39,584 nucleotides of DNA from Elusimicrobiota bacterium (GCA_027319565.1 DAHVNA010000017.1:1-39584); one strand, 5' to 3'; shown: positions 9,933 to 21,303, counted from the first letter of the stretch. Translations and numbers: made by a program. The notes: a model not told the origin generated them from the sequence alone.

Positions 9933-10142
9933 CTAGGCTTTGGGCGGCTCGGGAAGAGCGGGTTTTTCCTCCGCTTTTTTCTCGGTCGCGTTAAGTGGTT
10001 CCATTCCTTCTCTAAGGCCTTGTTTAAAGGCTCCCATCGATTTGCCCAGGGCCTTGGCCGCCTCGGTGATGCGGCCTGGTCCAAATAGAATCAGGCCTAC
10101 TACCAAGACAACGAGTATTTCTCCGAAACTGAGATCAGGCAT
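9933..10142 (-). CDS. tatA: Twin-arginine translocase TatA/TatE subunit
   Basis: 'EILVVLVVGLILFGPGRI...AKALGKSMGAFKQG'. Confidence 0.93.
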   Translation of the reverse strand: MPDLSFGEILVVLVVGLILFGPGRITEAAKALGKSMGAFKQGLREGMEPLNATEKKAEEKPALPEPPKA

Positions 10143-10143
10143 C

Positions 10144-10710
10144 TTATTTACCGCCTAGGGGTTGCAGCGATCCATTGGAAACCAAATGCTTGTATTCCTT
10201 GGGATAAAGATTCTTGAAATTATTCAAAAGCTTCGTTCGATTAGCGATCCAGGCTTTAAGGTTTTTTCCCATTTTGCGCTGTTTGGAATCAAAAACCAAA
10301 AACTCCCAGATTTTTTTGCCGTCTTTTCCGACCGGGCACCCCGGTTTGGACATCATCCGGTGCACGTAGCGGCTCCAGATTTTGGGCTCTGCCTTGATGA
10401 TATTGGGGCCGACCTTGAAGATTTCCGGTTGGGTTTTTTTAGCGGCTGCCATTTCAGCATCGGTGAGTTCAAGAAATTGAGAGTTGATCGGCCGGGCGAT
10501 GGTGTGGCAAGCCTGGCATTTTTGGGAGAAAACCTTGTAATAAAGCTTCATTTTGGGTGGATAATGAGACACGTCGATGGTGGTCGGCCCGAAATCATTG
10601 GGATAAATACCCACATCCGCCTTGACCGTCGGTTTATATTTAGCCGAAGCGACCGCGGCAACGGAGAAAACGGCAATCAAAGACACGGCAAATATTTTTA
10701 AGCGATTCAT
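10144..10710 (-). CDS. Secreted monoheme c-type cytochrome
   Basis: Strong SD (AGGAGG) before ATG 10710; signal peptide ending in 'AVASA'; heme motif CQACH; candidate distal Met in 'RMMSKPG'. Confidence 0.8.
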   Translation of the reverse strand: MNRLKIFAVSLIAVFSVAAVASAKYKPTVKADVGIYPNDFGPTTIDVSHYPPKMKLYYKVFSQKCQACHTIARPINSQFLELTDAEMAAAKKTQPEIFKVGPNIIKAEPKIWSRYVHRMMSKPGCPVGKDGKKIWEFLVFDSKQRKMGKNLKAWIANRTKLLNNFKNLYPKEYKHLVSNGSLQPLGGK

Positions 10711-10786
10711 ACTTCCTCCTATTTCATTTCCTATCTTCATTTTACATTTTTTAGAAAAGTTATCAAATTGGTCAAGAAATAAATCG

Positions 10787-11371
10787 TCAGCGATGGTGGC
10801 GGACGGGATTTTTGCGGATGAAATCAAGAACGCCTTGAGGCGTCCACTTGTTCTCGTAGAATTCTTTGAGGTTTTCCATTTTCGGGCTTAGCAAAACGCT
10901 TTCCACATTGTGGTTGACCATGCCGCCTTCAGGGATGGCAAGAACGTCAAAATAGGACTCAAAGTCGGCCAAGGCCTGGGGGTTTCCAGTGGCAAAGGTG
11001 GCCAGCTTGAGATCGGCGCGATATTTTTGGGCGTAGTTTTTGAGAACCTTGGGGGTATCAAATTGAGGATCGAGAGTGACAATCAGAATATGGAAGGGCC
11101 GCTGATGCTTTAACTTTTTCCACTTTTCCAGGAGTTGCATCGTTAGCGAAGTGGTCAAGGGACACATGCTTTTCATCGGACAGCGGGTATAAATAAAGGA
11201 AATAAAAACATACTTTCCCTTAAAATCATAGAGATGAAAGGTTTTTCCGTCCTGATTGGTGAAGGCGAAATTTGGAATTGTTTTGGATGCGGTGGCGGAA
11301 AAAGCGGTTTTAGCCGGATTAAAAAGAGAAGTAAAGAATAAAAAAAGGAAAATTTGTGCGCGGAGCTTCAT
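10787..11371 (-). CDS. SCO1/SenC family copper chaperone
   Basis: 'FAFTNQDGK', 'FIYTRCPMKSMCP', 'TLDPQFDTP', conserved His in 'VNHN'. Confidence 0.9.
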   Translation of the reverse strand: MKLRAQIFLFLFFTSLFNPAKTAFSATASKTIPNFAFTNQDGKTFHLYDFKGKYVFISFIYTRCPMKSMCPLTTSLTMQLLEKWKKLKHQRPFHILIVTLDPQFDTPKVLKNYAQKYRADLKLATFATGNPQALADFESYFDVLAIPEGGMVNHNVESVLLSPKMENLKEFYENKWTPQGVLDFIRKNPVRHHR

Positions 11372-11373
11372 TG

Positions 11374-13038
11374 TCAAATTATAGGAATTTTAAGTTTTTG
11401 TCGCTTCGCGGTTTTTCGCGCCTGTTCATATCCCGCGTCGAGATGGCGGGCGACTCCGAGAGCGGGGTCATTGGTCAAGACTCGTTCGATGCGGATATCC
11501 ATTTCTTTGCTGCCATCGGCGACGGTGACTTGTCCCGCATGCAAGGCATATCCCATCCCGACTCCTCCTCCGTGGTGAAAACTGACCCAAGAAGCTCCCG
11601 AGGCGGTGTTTAAAAGCGCGTTGAGAATGGGCCAGTCCGCGACGGCATCCGAGCCGTCTTTCATCGCCTCGGTTTCGCGGTAAGGACTTGCGACCGATCC
11701 GGTGTCGAGATGATCTCGTCCCATGACGATGGGGGCTTTGATTTTTCCTTTTCGGACCAGATAATTGATCCGTAGTCCCATCTCGGCTCTTTCTCCGAGA
11801 CCCAACCAACAGATGCGCGCCGGAAGGCCTTGAAAGGCGATTTTCTTGGAAGCCAGATCCATCCAGCGCATGAGAGATTTATTATGGGGAAATAAGCGCC
11901 TGACTTCGGCGTCAGTGACGGCGATATCATTGGGATCTCCGGATAAAGCGGCCCAGCGGAAGGGGCCTTTTCCCTCGCAAAAAAGCGGGCGTATAAATTC
12001 CGGGACAAATCCTGGAATCTCATGGGCATTTTTAACTCCGCCTTGATAAGCCAAGGTGCGGATATTGTTTCCATAATCAAAGGTCACCGCTCCCTGGCGC
12101 TTAATTTCCAACATGCCTCTCACGTGATCGGCGGCTGATTCCTTGACTTGCTTGAGATACTCTTCGGGATTTGATTTTCTTAAAGCGGCGGCCTCTTCAA
12201 GACCGAGGTTTTTGGGAATATACCCAAACATCGGATCATGGGCCGAAGTTTGATCGGTGAGAACGTCAATGGGAATTTTTCTTAAAGCTAATTCGGGAAT
12301 GATTTCGGCGGCGTTCCCCAAGAGTCCGATGCTCAGGGCCTCTCCTTTTTCCTTGGCCTTAAGCGCTTGGGATAAGGCGTGGTCTAAATTGGTTTCCGCG
12401 ATGTCAAGGTATCTGGTTTTAAGCCGCATCTCGATTCTTTTTGGATCGATCTCAACGGCCAGCATGACCCCGCCGTTCATAGTCGCGGCCAAGGGCTGAG
12501 CCCCGCCCATCCCTCCAAGGCCCGCGGTGACGATCAGGCGATTTTTGAGGCTTCCGTTAAAATGCTTTCTCGCGGCAGCGGCAAAAGTCTCGTAGGTTCC
12601 CTGGACGATTCCCTGGCTTCCTATATAAATCCAAGATCCCGCGGTCATTTGTCCGAACATCATGAGGCCCTTCTTTTCAAGTTCGTCGAAGGTTTCCCAA
12701 TTGGCCCAGCGCCCGACTAGATTTGAATTGGCGATCAGAACTCGCGGGGAATAAGGGTGTGTCCGAAAAACGGCGACGGGCTTTCCGGACTGAATCAAAA
12801 GGGTTTCGTCGTTGTTGAGGGCTTTAAGGGCGCTTACGATGGCGTAAAAAGACTGCCAATTTCTCGCCGCCTTGCCGCGGCCGCCATAAACGACCAAGTC
12901 TTCCGGGCGCTCGGCGACTTCGGGATCGAGATTGTTGTGCAACATTCGCAAAGCGGCTTCCTGTTGCCAACCCTTACAAGAAATTTTGGTTCCGCGCGGA
13001 GCGCGCAGAGGTTTTAAAGGAGGAAGATTTCGCTTCAC
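11374..13038 (-). CDS. hutU: Urocanate hydratase
   Basis: '[19 protein letters not shown]', '[12 protein letters not shown]', 'TDQTSAHDP', '[20 protein letters not shown]', 'HHGGGVG'. Confidence 0.98.
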   Translation of the reverse strand: MKRNLPPLKPLRAPRGTKISCKGWQQEAALRMLHNNLDPEVAERPEDLVVYGGRGKAARNWQSFYAIVSALKALNNDETLLIQSGKPVAVFRTHPYSPRVLIANSNLVGRWANWETFDELEKKGLMMFGQMTAGSWIYIGSQGIVQGTYETFAAAARKHFNGSLKNRLIVTAGLGGMGGAQPLAATMNGGVMLAVEIDPKRIEMRLKTRYLDIAETNLDHALSQALKAKEKGEALSIGLLGNAAEIIPELALRKIPIDVLTDQTSAHDPMFGYIPKNLGLEEAAALRKSNPEEYLKQVKESAADHVRGMLEIKRQGAVTFDYGNNIRTLAYQGGVKNAHEIPGFVPEFIRPLFCEGKGPFRWAALSGDPNDIAVTDAEVRRLFPHNKSLMRWMDLASKKIAFQGLPARICWLGLGERAEMGLRINYLVRKGKIKAPIVMGRDHLDTGSVASPYRETEAMKDGSDAVADWPILNALLNTASGASWVSFHHGGGVGMGYALHAGQVTVADGSKEMDIRIERVLTNDPALGVARHLDAGYEQARKTAKRQKLKIPII

Positions 13039-13529
13039 TGATTATTATCGTTAGAAAGAGATTTTAGGGTTTTCCGGGTCGTTTGATTGACCCGTTGGAC
13101 TCCGGATGGAAGCGTAATAAAGGTTCCATTTCCGCCGCGGATCGCGGGCGTGTTCTTAAAAACTTTTCGGATCGAGGTATTCGGAGTTTGAGCGATTACG
13201 GCTTTTCCTTTTACTAGAGACGCCAAGGCCGGGGCCAGATCATTTGAAACTTTCGCGGGATCGTTTTGGTTGGAGATGGCCACCGGAGATGATTGAGCGG
13301 AAAAAGACTCAAGAGGAGTGAGGGGCTTATTTGAGGCGTTAAACCGAGAACAACTGGCTTCTCCCGGAACAGAGCAGGGCTGGGTGTTTTCAACGACATC
13401 TCCCCAGGCCTGATCGTCTGGAATGAGCGCAAGGGTTTTTCTGATGGAGGCCTCTTGAGCCCGAACCGAAGGTGACAGCGAAAGAAAAACGAGCGCTACG
13501 GCACTGGAAAATGAAATCAGTTTCCCCAT
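13035..13529 (-). CDS. Hypothetical secreted protein
   Basis: Sec signal ending in 'VRA'; stop overlaps the hutU start (GTGA); preceded by a -10-like box and the palindromic motif. Confidence 0.7.
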   Translation of the reverse strand: MGKLISFSSAVALVFLSLSPSVRAQEASIRKTLALIPDDQAWGDVVENTQPCSVPGEASCSRFNASNKPLTPLESFSAQSSPVAISNQNDPAKVSNDLAPALASLVKGKAVIAQTPNTSIRKVFKNTPAIRGGNGTFITLPSGVQRVNQTTRKTLKSLSNDNNQ

Positions 13530-13562
13530 GCTCTAAGAGTATCCTTTGGGAAATTAGGGCGC

Positions 13563-13604
13563 AAGGGCCAAAAGGCCTAGAGAGCGTCTAGGCCCTCCGG
13601 CCCC
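13563..13604 (-). promoter_or_regulatory. Two-box palindromic upstream motif (variant copy)
   Basis: Minus strand GGGGCCGGAGGGCCTA-N9-TAGGCCTTTTGGCCCTT, ending 33 nt before ATG 13529. Resembles 36927-36966 and 39524-39563. Confidence 0.6.
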
Positions 13605-13640
13605 GCGAACGCGCTAAAATTTATTTTATATACTTAAGGT

Positions 13641-14081
13641 ATGTCGCTATTTGAACGGATCAAAAGCGTTTTTTCTGGCAAAGAAAGCCCCGCTTCTCAT
13701 TCCGAGGCGGAGGCTCAAGCGGGGAGCGTCAAGAGCCCTTCTGCCACTGATGAGACTCCGGATCTTTTATCCGGAAAAGGAATTCCCGCTTTTTTCTACC
13801 GTAAGTGGAAAGATCCCGCGTTTATCAAACAGATGCGGGCTTTGGCGGCCCAGATGCAGCGAGAAGGCGTCGATCTTAAAAGCATGTCCGCCGTCAAGGC
13901 TTGGATTGAAAAAAACAAAGAGGCCATTGAATCCGGAAAAATAAGCGCCCAACCGGAAGCCGGCGCGAAAGCCGCTCCTTATATTAAGAGTTCGCCGGAT
14001 ATATCCAGAAACGACCCCTGTCCTTGCGGATCGGGGAAAAAATATAAGAAATGCTGCGCCCTCAAAGCGGCGAAGACGTGA
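13641..14081 (+). CDS. SEC-C motif (zinc-binding) protein
   Basis: C-terminal '[18 protein letters not shown]'. Confidence 0.9.
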   Translation: MSLFERIKSVFSGKESPASHSEAEAQAGSVKSPSATDETPDLLSGKGIPAFFYRKWKDPAFIKQMRALAAQMQREGVDLKSMSAVKAWIEKNKEAIESGKISAQPEAGAKAAPYIKSSPDISRNDPCPCGSGKKYKKCCALKAAKT

Positions 14082-14938
14082 ACTCTCGGCCGCTGAAGGT
14101 CGGAAAATTCGAGTTGTTTCCCATCAAAGACGGCACTTTTCGTTTGGACGGCGGCGCGATGTTTGGAGTGGTTCCTAAGACCCTCTGGAACCGGGAGATT
14201 GCCGCCGATGAGATGAACCGTATTCCTTTGGCCTTGGGGGCTTTATTGATCAAGACCCCCCGGGGGCGTTTCGTTTTGGTGGATACGGGGTTGTCTTCCA
14301 AATATGACAATCAGCCCAAATTCCGAAAGCTCTATGGCGTCGAACGCCCTCAGACCTTGAAAGATGAACTCAAGGCCATGGGGCTCTCTTTAGCGGATAT
14401 CAGCCTAGTCATCAATACCCATTTGCATTTTGATCATGCGGGGGGAAATACCGAATTTTCGGAAAAAGGCGTTCCCATTCCCGCTTTTCCAAAGGCGCGC
14501 TATTTAATTCAGAAAGAAGAGTGGGATGACGCCTCACATCCCCATGAGAGAAATCAAGCCAGCTACTTTAAAGAAAATTTTGAGCCCTTAGACAGCGCCG
14601 GTTTGGTAGACTTAATCAGCGGAGAATACGAAATTGAGCCGGGGCTTCGCGTGATTCGTTCCGGCGGGCACACCCGCGGGCATCAATGCGTTCAGATTGT
14701 TTCCGAGGGAGAAATTGCCGTCTTTTGGGGAGATTTAATTCCGACTGCCGCTCATCTTCCACTTCCGTGGATTATGGGCTATGATTTGTATCCGGTGGAT
14801 ACCTTGGAAATTAAGCGGGATATGCTCAAAAGAGCCTTGGATGAAAATTGGACCTTGATTTTTCAGCACGATCCTCGTCTAAGAAGCGCGAAATTGGATT
14901 TTCAAAATGGAAAATATGCGGCGAAAATCTTGGATTAA
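14078..14938 (+). CDS. MBL-fold metallo-hydrolase (YtnP/lactonase-like)
   Basis: '[12 protein letters not shown]', '[10 protein letters not shown]', 'GHTRGHQ', 'GDLIPT', 'MGYDLYP', 'QHD'. GTG start overlaps the upstream stop. Confidence 0.92.
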   Translation: MNSRPLKVGKFELFPIKDGTFRLDGGAMFGVVPKTLWNREIAADEMNRIPLALGALLIKTPRGRFVLVDTGLSSKYDNQPKFRKLYGVERPQTLKDELKAMGLSLADISLVINTHLHFDHAGGNTEFSEKGVPIPAFPKARYLIQKEEWDDASHPHERNQASYFKENFEPLDSAGLVDLISGEYEIEPGLRVIRSGGHTRGHQCVQIVSEGEIAVFWGDLIPTAAHLPLPWIMGYDLYPVDTLEIKRDMLKRALDENWTLIFQHDPRLRSAKLDFQNGKYAAKILD

Positions 14939-15422
14939 AAAAAGCGGCGTATTGACGGCTGCGGCAATTTTTTCTTCTTGCGGAATGTCCCATGTTAAAT
15001 CCCGCCCTTCTCAGCCTTTATTTCCTCCTTTGATGCCGGTCGCTTCTTCTCCGGCCATTCCGGCCAATGCCGATATCCTCGTTGATTCGAAGGATCAAAT
15101 TTCCTTTTTTGGAGAAGACGGGGCTTCGTATCTGAAAATTTATGTGGATCATCATTATGCCGGACGCACCGCTATCGCCGCTAAAAGCGCCCTTAAAAAA
15201 TGGGGAGAAGTTTTAAGTTCCGGGCGGCACCTCCTGCGTTTTGAGAAATGGGATTTGAAGCCTTCGGGCAATTGGCAGACCTTGCTTCCACGCTATCAGC
15301 CGCGCCCGCTGTGGATTTCGGTCGATTTGAGTTCCGAAACGCTTGTTTCTCTGATTTTTTATAATCATGAGCTTAAACACTCCTTAACTGTTCAAACTCG
15401 CCCGATTCCTAAAACAAAATAA
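14907..15422 (+). CDS. Hypothetical lipoprotein (beta-sandwich/PEGA-like)
   Basis: Basic n-region and lipobox 'FSSC'; 'IYVDHHYAGRT', 'LSSGRHLLRFEK'. The start may be 14916. Confidence 0.6.
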   Translation: MENMRRKSWIKKSGVLTAAAIFSSCGMSHVKSRPSQPLFPPLMPVASSPAIPANADILVDSKDQISFFGEDGASYLKIYVDHHYAGRTAIAAKSALKKWGEVLSSGRHLLRFEKWDLKPSGNWQTLLPRYQPRPLWISVDLSSETLVSLIFYNHELKHSLTVQTRPIPKTK

Positions 15423-15444
15423 AGGGCGTCGTTTGCCGTTTTCT

Positions 15445-18400
15445 TCAGAACTGGAATATCATCTGCGATCCAAGCTGAAATGACATGTAATTATTGACCG
15501 CCAAGACGGGATTTTGGAGCATGGAAAAAGAGCCGTTGAGAGTCAATCGCAGGTTTTTGGCCAGAGTATAATCGGCATTGGTCGTTATCGAGGTTGTGCG
15601 CGTGTCGTTGGCTTGTATGACCGGAGATTGGCTATAGGCGTAGGAAAGAGTGTTGGTCCAGATCAGGCGGTTGACAAAATAGAGGACCTTGTGCATAAAT
15701 GGAATTTTAAGCCCGCCCGGCATTTCTAGGTCTCCGCGGATAAGGACGCTGGGCGTAATGACGGTCGTATTGTTGGTTTGAATTCCGGTTCCCATAGTCG
15801 TCACGTCCCGAGTGTAGGTGGTTTGAGGGGTCCAGGTAAAATCTCCCCACCGGAAACTGGTTTGGATGGTTGCGTCCTGATGGGTGGTTTTTTGCGTGTT
15901 GGCATTGACTAAGAGATTGTCCGAGGCTGAGTTGTTATCGTCTATGGTGATAGTCGTATCGAAATAATTGCGGATCAGAGTTCGAATATTGGTTTGAAAC
16001 TCAGAATCGGTGTTGATGGTTTGCCCCACGTTATTGGTTTTGTGCGCTTGATAGCGGATATCAAGTTGGGTGTTACTCATCCAGCTTTCCGTATAGAGAA
16101 GTTTTTCCAACTGTCCCATCGATAGGACCACGTCCGGCAGAGTCGTTTCTATCGTTTCGGATTGCGTGCCGGTAATGTCATTTTTTTGCCTGCTGAGAAC
16201 CCAGTTGTTGGTAAATGAGAAAGTGCGGAAGGCCGACAATCGACCTTGGAGATTATAAGCCGACAGGGGTTCCCAGCGCTGGGTTGAATTATAGGTGTCT
16301 CTTTCGGTTAAACTAGTCAGGGTCGCTCCGACGTTGTGAGGGTTAATCTCGCTGCGAATCCACAGATCTCCGAGATCGTTAAAGTTGGTCGCGACGTTGT
16401 TCCAGACATCTCCGTCTTGGAGTTGATAACCATTGATGATAGACAGCGTTCTTAAAAGCCTGTTTTTCGGGAATATCTGCCCAAAATTAAGCGGAATAGA
16501 AATCGAGCCGTTGGCCATGCGGCTAATCGCTTTCGTTTGTCCCGGCTGATAAACGACGGTGGACAAAACGACCGGCGCGGCGCCGGCGGTCGGGGTGCTG
16601 GTCACCACAAAAGTCGAGATGGTCATATCGGCATTTTCGATAGTGTTGATGGAATAGTTTACCGATGGGGTTAGCCAGGATAGGAGTTTCCAATTAGATG
16701 AGAATCCGGCGGTCTGATTGCGGCTAAGCATATAGTTTCCATTGTTGACATCGTTTCCGCCGAGTCCTTGGCTTTGTTGGTTAACGTTTGTCAGTTGGTA
16801 GTTCGGGGTAAAAGAGGCTCCTTTCCAGGGAGTCATCGTGAGATTAAGCGCGCCTCCTTCGGTCGTGTCGACGGTATTGGCGGCATTGAGACTTTCCGCC
16901 TCGGCGAGATTGGTCGATTGCCCGTAATTTATTTTGTAGACCGAATAAGTTCCGTTAGCGTTGATGTTTCGCGGCAAGAAATCGCTTTGACTGGGAACTG
17001 TATATTGCAAGGTTCCCAAGTAGGTGTCGGTGTTATCGGTTCTGTCCAGGGAATCATACTTGATATTATTTTGCGTATAGTTAAACCCAAGATGAGGGAT
17101 ATTGGGCAAATTGAGATTGGCCTGGAAACTGCCGTTGGTCGTCGTTACTTTTCCTGTTTGGAGGATGTTGACGAGGTTTGAGAGGTTTCCGGTTAAGGTT
17201 TCATTGGGGGTGTCGGTGATTTGTTGCGAGACGTTAAACGTCATTGGCAGATAAGAGAGTCTCGTGATGTTGAGAAATGCGCTATTTTGCTCGTTAGATT
17301 GGTTGGAAACCACCGTAACCGGAGTTTGGAAGTTTTGACTTACCGATCGAGTCTCAAGACCAAAGCTGGCCCAGCCGGGGACAAGGAAATTAGCTTTGAT
17401 GTCATCGGCGTTGCCGATTCTTGAAATGGGATCGGCCAGATAAATTTCATCCAAATAGACGATTCCACTCGTCGGAGTATTGTCCGGCAAGGCATTGGGG
17501 CCGAAATTTGTCCGCCGAATACCGGCGACAATTTCTCCCACTTGCTGCAGGCTCGGAATCCCGGAGCTGACTAGGACAGGCTGGTTGACCAAACCGGGTG
17601 GACCTGTAATCGAAACGGATTGCCAGTTATAGGCGATTTGTTGCGAGTTAGTCGCCTGGGTGATGCTAATTTCCGCCCAACCGACAAAATTGAGATTGAC
17701 GTCGACTTCAAAGAAATTGGTGTTATTTCCAACGCGCAAAAAGAAGGTGTTGTCATTGCAGTCGGCGGAAGGGTCGTTGCAAGTTCCGTTGGCATTGGGA
17801 TCCTGGGCGTTTCCATAGAGGAGAAAATTAAAAGTGCGGTGTTGGCTGATGTCGATTCCATTGGCGAATATTTCCTCGGTGGTGACGACGGCGCTGGCGT
17901 AAGGAACGATGAAATTATTGATGGTCATGCTCGAAAAATCAAGTTCCAAGGATTGCTCTTGCACGTTTTGCGTGTTCGATTGCTGTTGAAGGTTGGAGAC
18001 GCTGCCGTAAAGTTCATTAAAAACCTGCCCCGCGATGCCTGGTTCGTTGTAGATCGGAATGTATTTGGGATCTTGGACATTGTTAATGGGAGCGGCAAAA
18101 AGGCTTTCATTGGCGACCGGGGGGGAATTTGTCGCCGGGTCGGTCGCTTGTCCGGGGAGCCAGGTGTTTCCCACCACGGCGATAGCGGCAAATTGGATAA
18201 CTCCCTTGCTTGCGCAGGTAACTCCGTTAGCGGTATCGCAGTTTGGATTTTTCCTGACGGAAATTCGCAACTGCCTGATCGCGGTCCACAAACTCGCGGT
18301 AGCGCTTGAAATATGGATGGGAATTTGAAAGGTTTGCCAGCAGAGACTGCTGTTGTTTTGGCACTGTGATGAGCCGGATCCAAAATTAATTCCGGTGTTG

Positions 18401-21201
18401 ACCATGTCATGATTAAGGCCGTCGGTAATGCTGGGGAAAACGGAGTTAGTGGGATTGTTGGGATCCGGCACGTATCCAAAATCGCCGCCGGTGAAATCTT
18501 GAGAATAAATGACCATCTGGTCCTCGTTAAAGTCTTCGCTGTCTAGAATTCCGTTATTGGCGCCGTATCGCGCCGAAGGAAGTCCCGGGGGAGAGTAAAC
18601 CCAACCGATATCTTCTCCCGGAGCGAGGACGCCGGTGCAGTCTAGGTCCTCGGTTTTGGCGGCGTGATAGATAATGCGCCCGTCCGGGCAGGTGATGGTC
18701 ATTCCACCGGTGCTGTCCATGTCGTCGCTGATGCGTCCCAAATGGAAGTCAAGTTGGTTTCCGGAATTGTCGCCAAGGACGGTGACTTCGAGCATGATAT
18801 CATGCGAAAAATCATTTCCTCCAAGCGAGAACGCGTATCCAAGAGATTCTTCAGTCGAAGCGGGGTCGGAAAAATCATAATTCATCACTAAGACAGGCTG
18901 GGTGTTTTGGGGATTGGCTGGGGCGCTAGGGTTAATTTGAAGGGTTGGAACATATCCTAATGCCCAGGTCATTTTGGTCGGATCGGTGGGCTGTCCTCCG
19001 GGGTTAGAAGCGATGAACCAATCGAGATTGATCATGTTGGCCGCCGTCTGTTGCGCGATTCCCTCCATGTTGTCGACGATGGCGTAGGGGTTTAAGTTCA
19101 TATCTTGTTTGCTTTGCGCCACTTCGGCCGATAGGGAGGTAATCTCGAAGTGCTTTCCAAGGTTTATGTCATGAAGATCGGCATTGGCGTCATAGACCAG
19201 CAAACTCTGGCTGAGATCGGTGACGTTGGGCGTAATGGGAGATTTGGTTCCTGTTTGATAAAGAACGGTCGAACCAAGCTTAAAATGCGGGTTAAAGTGA
19301 TAGGAGGCGCGAGCCCCCAATAAAGCCACGTCTCCGGCGGTGCTTCCTCCCGGCGCTTCGACGTCATAGGTGATGTCGATTTGGGAATTCTGTCCGATTC
19401 TGCCCGGGTTAAAAAATGTCACGAATCCCGCTTGATAGTCGATGAAATAATCGACATTGCGCGTGTATTTGACGTTATCAACCAAGATGATTTCGCTCAT
19501 CGGGGTGATATTGGGCTCTAGTTCAAAGGTGGCGAGATGGTAGCTGTATTCGATGTGGAAAGAGCGTTCCGAAATGGGGTTGGGAGAATAGATTTGAGGA
19601 TCGGGAGTGGCGGAATCAGTCGTTAAGGCAAAGGGCTCGAGCAATTGGAAGTAACCCAGCTGAAATTGGACCTGAATTGTTTGCGGATAAACTTGGGGCG
19701 GGTTTAACGACGGGCCGACCACCTGCTGTTGTTGATTGACGACTTGAAGAACGAAATTTCCCTGTCCGTTGTCGGGCACGATTTGGGTTTGCCCGATGTT
19801 GTAAAAAGTGAGGAGTTCGCGATCGTAGCCCACTTCGGTCATACTCGAGACGATGGGAATATTGGATTGAGTCTTGATGATCTTTGGGGCATTAAAACAG
19901 CCGTTTCCATTGTTGGACGGAGGAGGGGCGTCGATGCAGGGAATCATGCTTGAGCTTGAAGATTCAACGCTGACATTGTTTCCGCTAGCGTCTATGACGC
20001 TGACCGCGAGAACGTCTTGGAGAGCAGCTGGGGTTCTCAGGGTCAATATTCCATGGATATAATCGATGGTGTAGTCTTGCCCCGAGTTAAGCTGTACAAA
20101 TTCCGCCGTCACCGAGGATGTGGTTTGGGCGGCGATATCGTTGACGGTCATCTGCGCGCTGTTGACGTTGACCTGGGATTGATTGAGATTTGCGAGATAA
20201 ATCTGTTCGCTTCCGGCTTTGAGCGGGAGTCTTGCGGGATTTCCGAAGGTGAGATCGTAATAGGTATTTTGGACGTAGGCGGTGTCTAGGATATTAGTCG
20301 TGACGAACTGCGTATTGCCGACAAATTGCTTGGTGTGGGTTAGGCCTTGCGTGCGGCTGCCGATGACGGTGGCTCTAAAACCCTTGTGTTGAACATCGGC
20401 CCTGATGCCAAAGACCTGCTTGTCGTAAGAGACAAACTCGGTGGACGGTAGATTGAGGTTGATATCTCCAAAAGCGACATTTCTGACGGTCGAATTTTTG
20501 TCGCCGGTATAGGTGACATAAATATCCTGGTGTTGATTGGGGCGAGTATCGTCATAATTGACGTTGACGGCGATATGGGGACCCACCTTTCCCTGCATCC
20601 TCAGCTGCATTTGTTGCGTGATGTTGAATGCGGCCGTTGTCTGCGGGCGCCCGGTGATGGCCTGATTTTGAAGGTAACGTTGTTCGTTAAAATTAAATCC
20701 AATGACTTTTCTTCCGGTGACGGAAAGGCTGGTTCCGTAATTTGGAAGAGAAAATTCGGGCGGAGGAGGCTTTGGCGGGCCTTTGATTACGATTCCTTCC
20801 GGATTAAACTGCGGCTCTGGGGGAAGCACGGGGGGCGGGGTTTCTATCGTGTCCCGGGCTTGGATAAATTTTTCTTTTGTGTAGACAAAGGGATGAATAT
20901 TCTCCTCGAATTTGAAGAAATTCGCGGTTTCATTTTCTTCTGTTGAAACGATGGGAATTTCCAAGAGATGATCGGGATCGGGGCGATCTAAAAGCAGAAA
21001 CTTGTGGGACGAAATGAGAAGAAGAAGCGACTTGGGAGGATTAAGCGCCCTTTTTTCTTGTTTCAGTTTTCGATGTTGGGCCTTGGCTTGAGCGGCGAAA
21101 TCGGGGTCATAAGGCATTGAAAACTGGGCATGGAGAAAACGCGGAAGCGCCAGAAGCGAGAGGGCCGCTAATAAATAAAATAAAGTCTTTCGCGTTTTCA
21201 A
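15445..21201 (-). CDS. Very large outer-membrane protein, SprA/Sov (T9SS translocon)-like
   Basis: Signal peptide; SprA-N-like 'QQMQLRMQGKVG..IAVNVNYDD...YTGD...VAFGDINLNLP..EFV..DKQVFGI'; 'EDLD/EDFN' Ca-loop-like motifs; C-terminal amphipathic beta strands ending in Phe. Similarity recognised by eye. Confidence 0.75.
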   Translation of the reverse strand: MKTRKTLFYLLAALSLLALPRFLHAQFSMPYDPDFAAQAKAQHRKLKQEKRALNPPKSLLLLISSHKFLLLDRPDPDHLLEIPIVSTEENETANFFKFEENIHPFVYTKEKFIQARDTIETPPPVLPPEPQFNPEGIVIKGPPKPPPPEFSLPNYGTSLSVTGRKVIGFNFNEQRYLQNQAITGRPQTTAAFNITQQMQLRMQGKVGPHIAVNVNYDDTRPNQHQDIYVTYTGDKNSTVRNVAFGDINLNLPSTEFVSYDKQVFGIRADVQHKGFRATVIGSRTQGLTHTKQFVGNTQFVTTNILDTAYVQNTYYDLTFGNPARLPLKAGSEQIYLANLNQSQVNVNSAQMTVNDIAAQTTSSVTAEFVQLNSGQDYTIDYIHGILTLRTPAALQDVLAVSVIDASGNNVSVESSSSSMIPCIDAPPPSNNGNGCFNAPKIIKTQSNIPIVSSMTEVGYDRELLTFYNIGQTQIVPDNGQGNFVLQVVNQQQQVVGPSLNPPQVYPQTIQVQFQLGYFQLLEPFALTTDSATPDPQIYSPNPISERSFHIEYSYHLATFELEPNITPMSEIILVDNVKYTRNVDYFIDYQAGFVTFFNPGRIGQNSQIDITYDVEAPGGSTAGDVALLGARASYHFNPHFKLGSTVLYQTGTKSPITPNVTDLSQSLLVYDANADLHDINLGKHFEITSLSAEVAQSKQDMNLNPYAIVDNMEGIAQQTAANMINLDWFIASNPGGQPTDPTKMTWALGYVPTLQINPSAPANPQNTQPVLVMNYDFSDPASTEESLGYAFSLGGNDFSHDIMLEVTVLGDNSGNQLDFHLGRISDDMDSTGGMTITCPDGRIIYHAAKTEDLDCTGVLAPGEDIGWVYSPPGLPSARYGANNGILDSEDFNEDQMVIYSQDFTGGDFGYVPDPNNPTNSVFPSITDGLNHDMVNTGINFGSGSSQCQNNSSLCWQTFQIPIHISSATASLWTAIRQLRISVRKNPNCDTANGVTCASKGVIQFAAIAVVGNTWLPGQATDPATNSPPVANESLFAAPINNVQDPKYIPIYNEPGIAGQVFNELYGSVSNLQQQSNTQNVQEQSLELDFSSMTINNFIVPYASAVVTTEEIFANGIDISQHRTFNFLLYGNAQDPNANGTCNDPSADCNDNTFFLRVGNNTNFFEVDVNLNFVGWAEISITQATNSQQIAYNWQSVSITGPPGLVNQPVLVSSGIPSLQQVGEIVAGIRRTNFGPNALPDNTPTSGIVYLDEIYLADPISRIGNADDIKANFLVPGWASFGLETRSVSQNFQTPVTVVSNQSNEQNSAFLNITRLSYLPMTFNVSQQITDTPNETLTGNLSNLVNILQTGKVTTTNGSFQANLNLPNIPHLGFNYTQNNIKYDSLDRTDNTDTYLGTLQYTVPSQSDFLPRNINANGTYSVYKINYGQSTNLAEAESLNAANTVDTTEGGALNLTMTPWKGASFTPNYQLTNVNQQSQGLGGNDVNNGNYMLSRNQTAGFSSNWKLLSWLTPSVNYSINTIENADMTISTFVVTSTPTAGAAPVVLSTVVYQPGQTKAISRMANGSISIPLNFGQIFPKNRLLRTLSIINGYQLQDGDVWNNVATNFNDLGDLWIRSEINPHNVGATLTSLTERDTYNSTQRWEPLSAYNLQGRLSAFRTFSFTNNWVLSRQKNDITGTQSETIETTLPDVVLSMGQLEKLLYTESWMSNTQLDIRYQAHKTNNVGQTINTDSEFQTNIRTLIRNYFDTTITIDDNNSASDNLLVNANTQKTTHQDATIQTSFRWGDFTWTPQTTYTRDVTTMGTGIQTNNTTVITPSVLIRGDLEMPGGLKIPFMHKVLYFVNRLIWTNTLSYAYSQSPVIQANDTRTTSITTNADYTLAKNLRLTLNGSFSMLQNPVLAVNNYMSFQLGSQMIFQF

Positions 21202-21303
21202 AATAATAATACCTGTCTTACTGAATTGTAAGAGAAGCGTGTTACAAAGGGATGTTCAAATGAGATCGATTTTGGAGTCACGGCAAAAGGCGGGTTTTGA
21301 GCG

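Noticed and set aside
9869..10084. 71-aa ORF ending in 'VIPAKAGI'
   Set aside because: Alternative frame of tatA running into the REP-like repeat; the peptide is just the translated repeat.
16768..20946. Several long antisense or alternative-frame ORFs (e.g. 17620-18309, 17925-18479)
   Set aside because: Shadows of the SprA-like CDS with no motifs.
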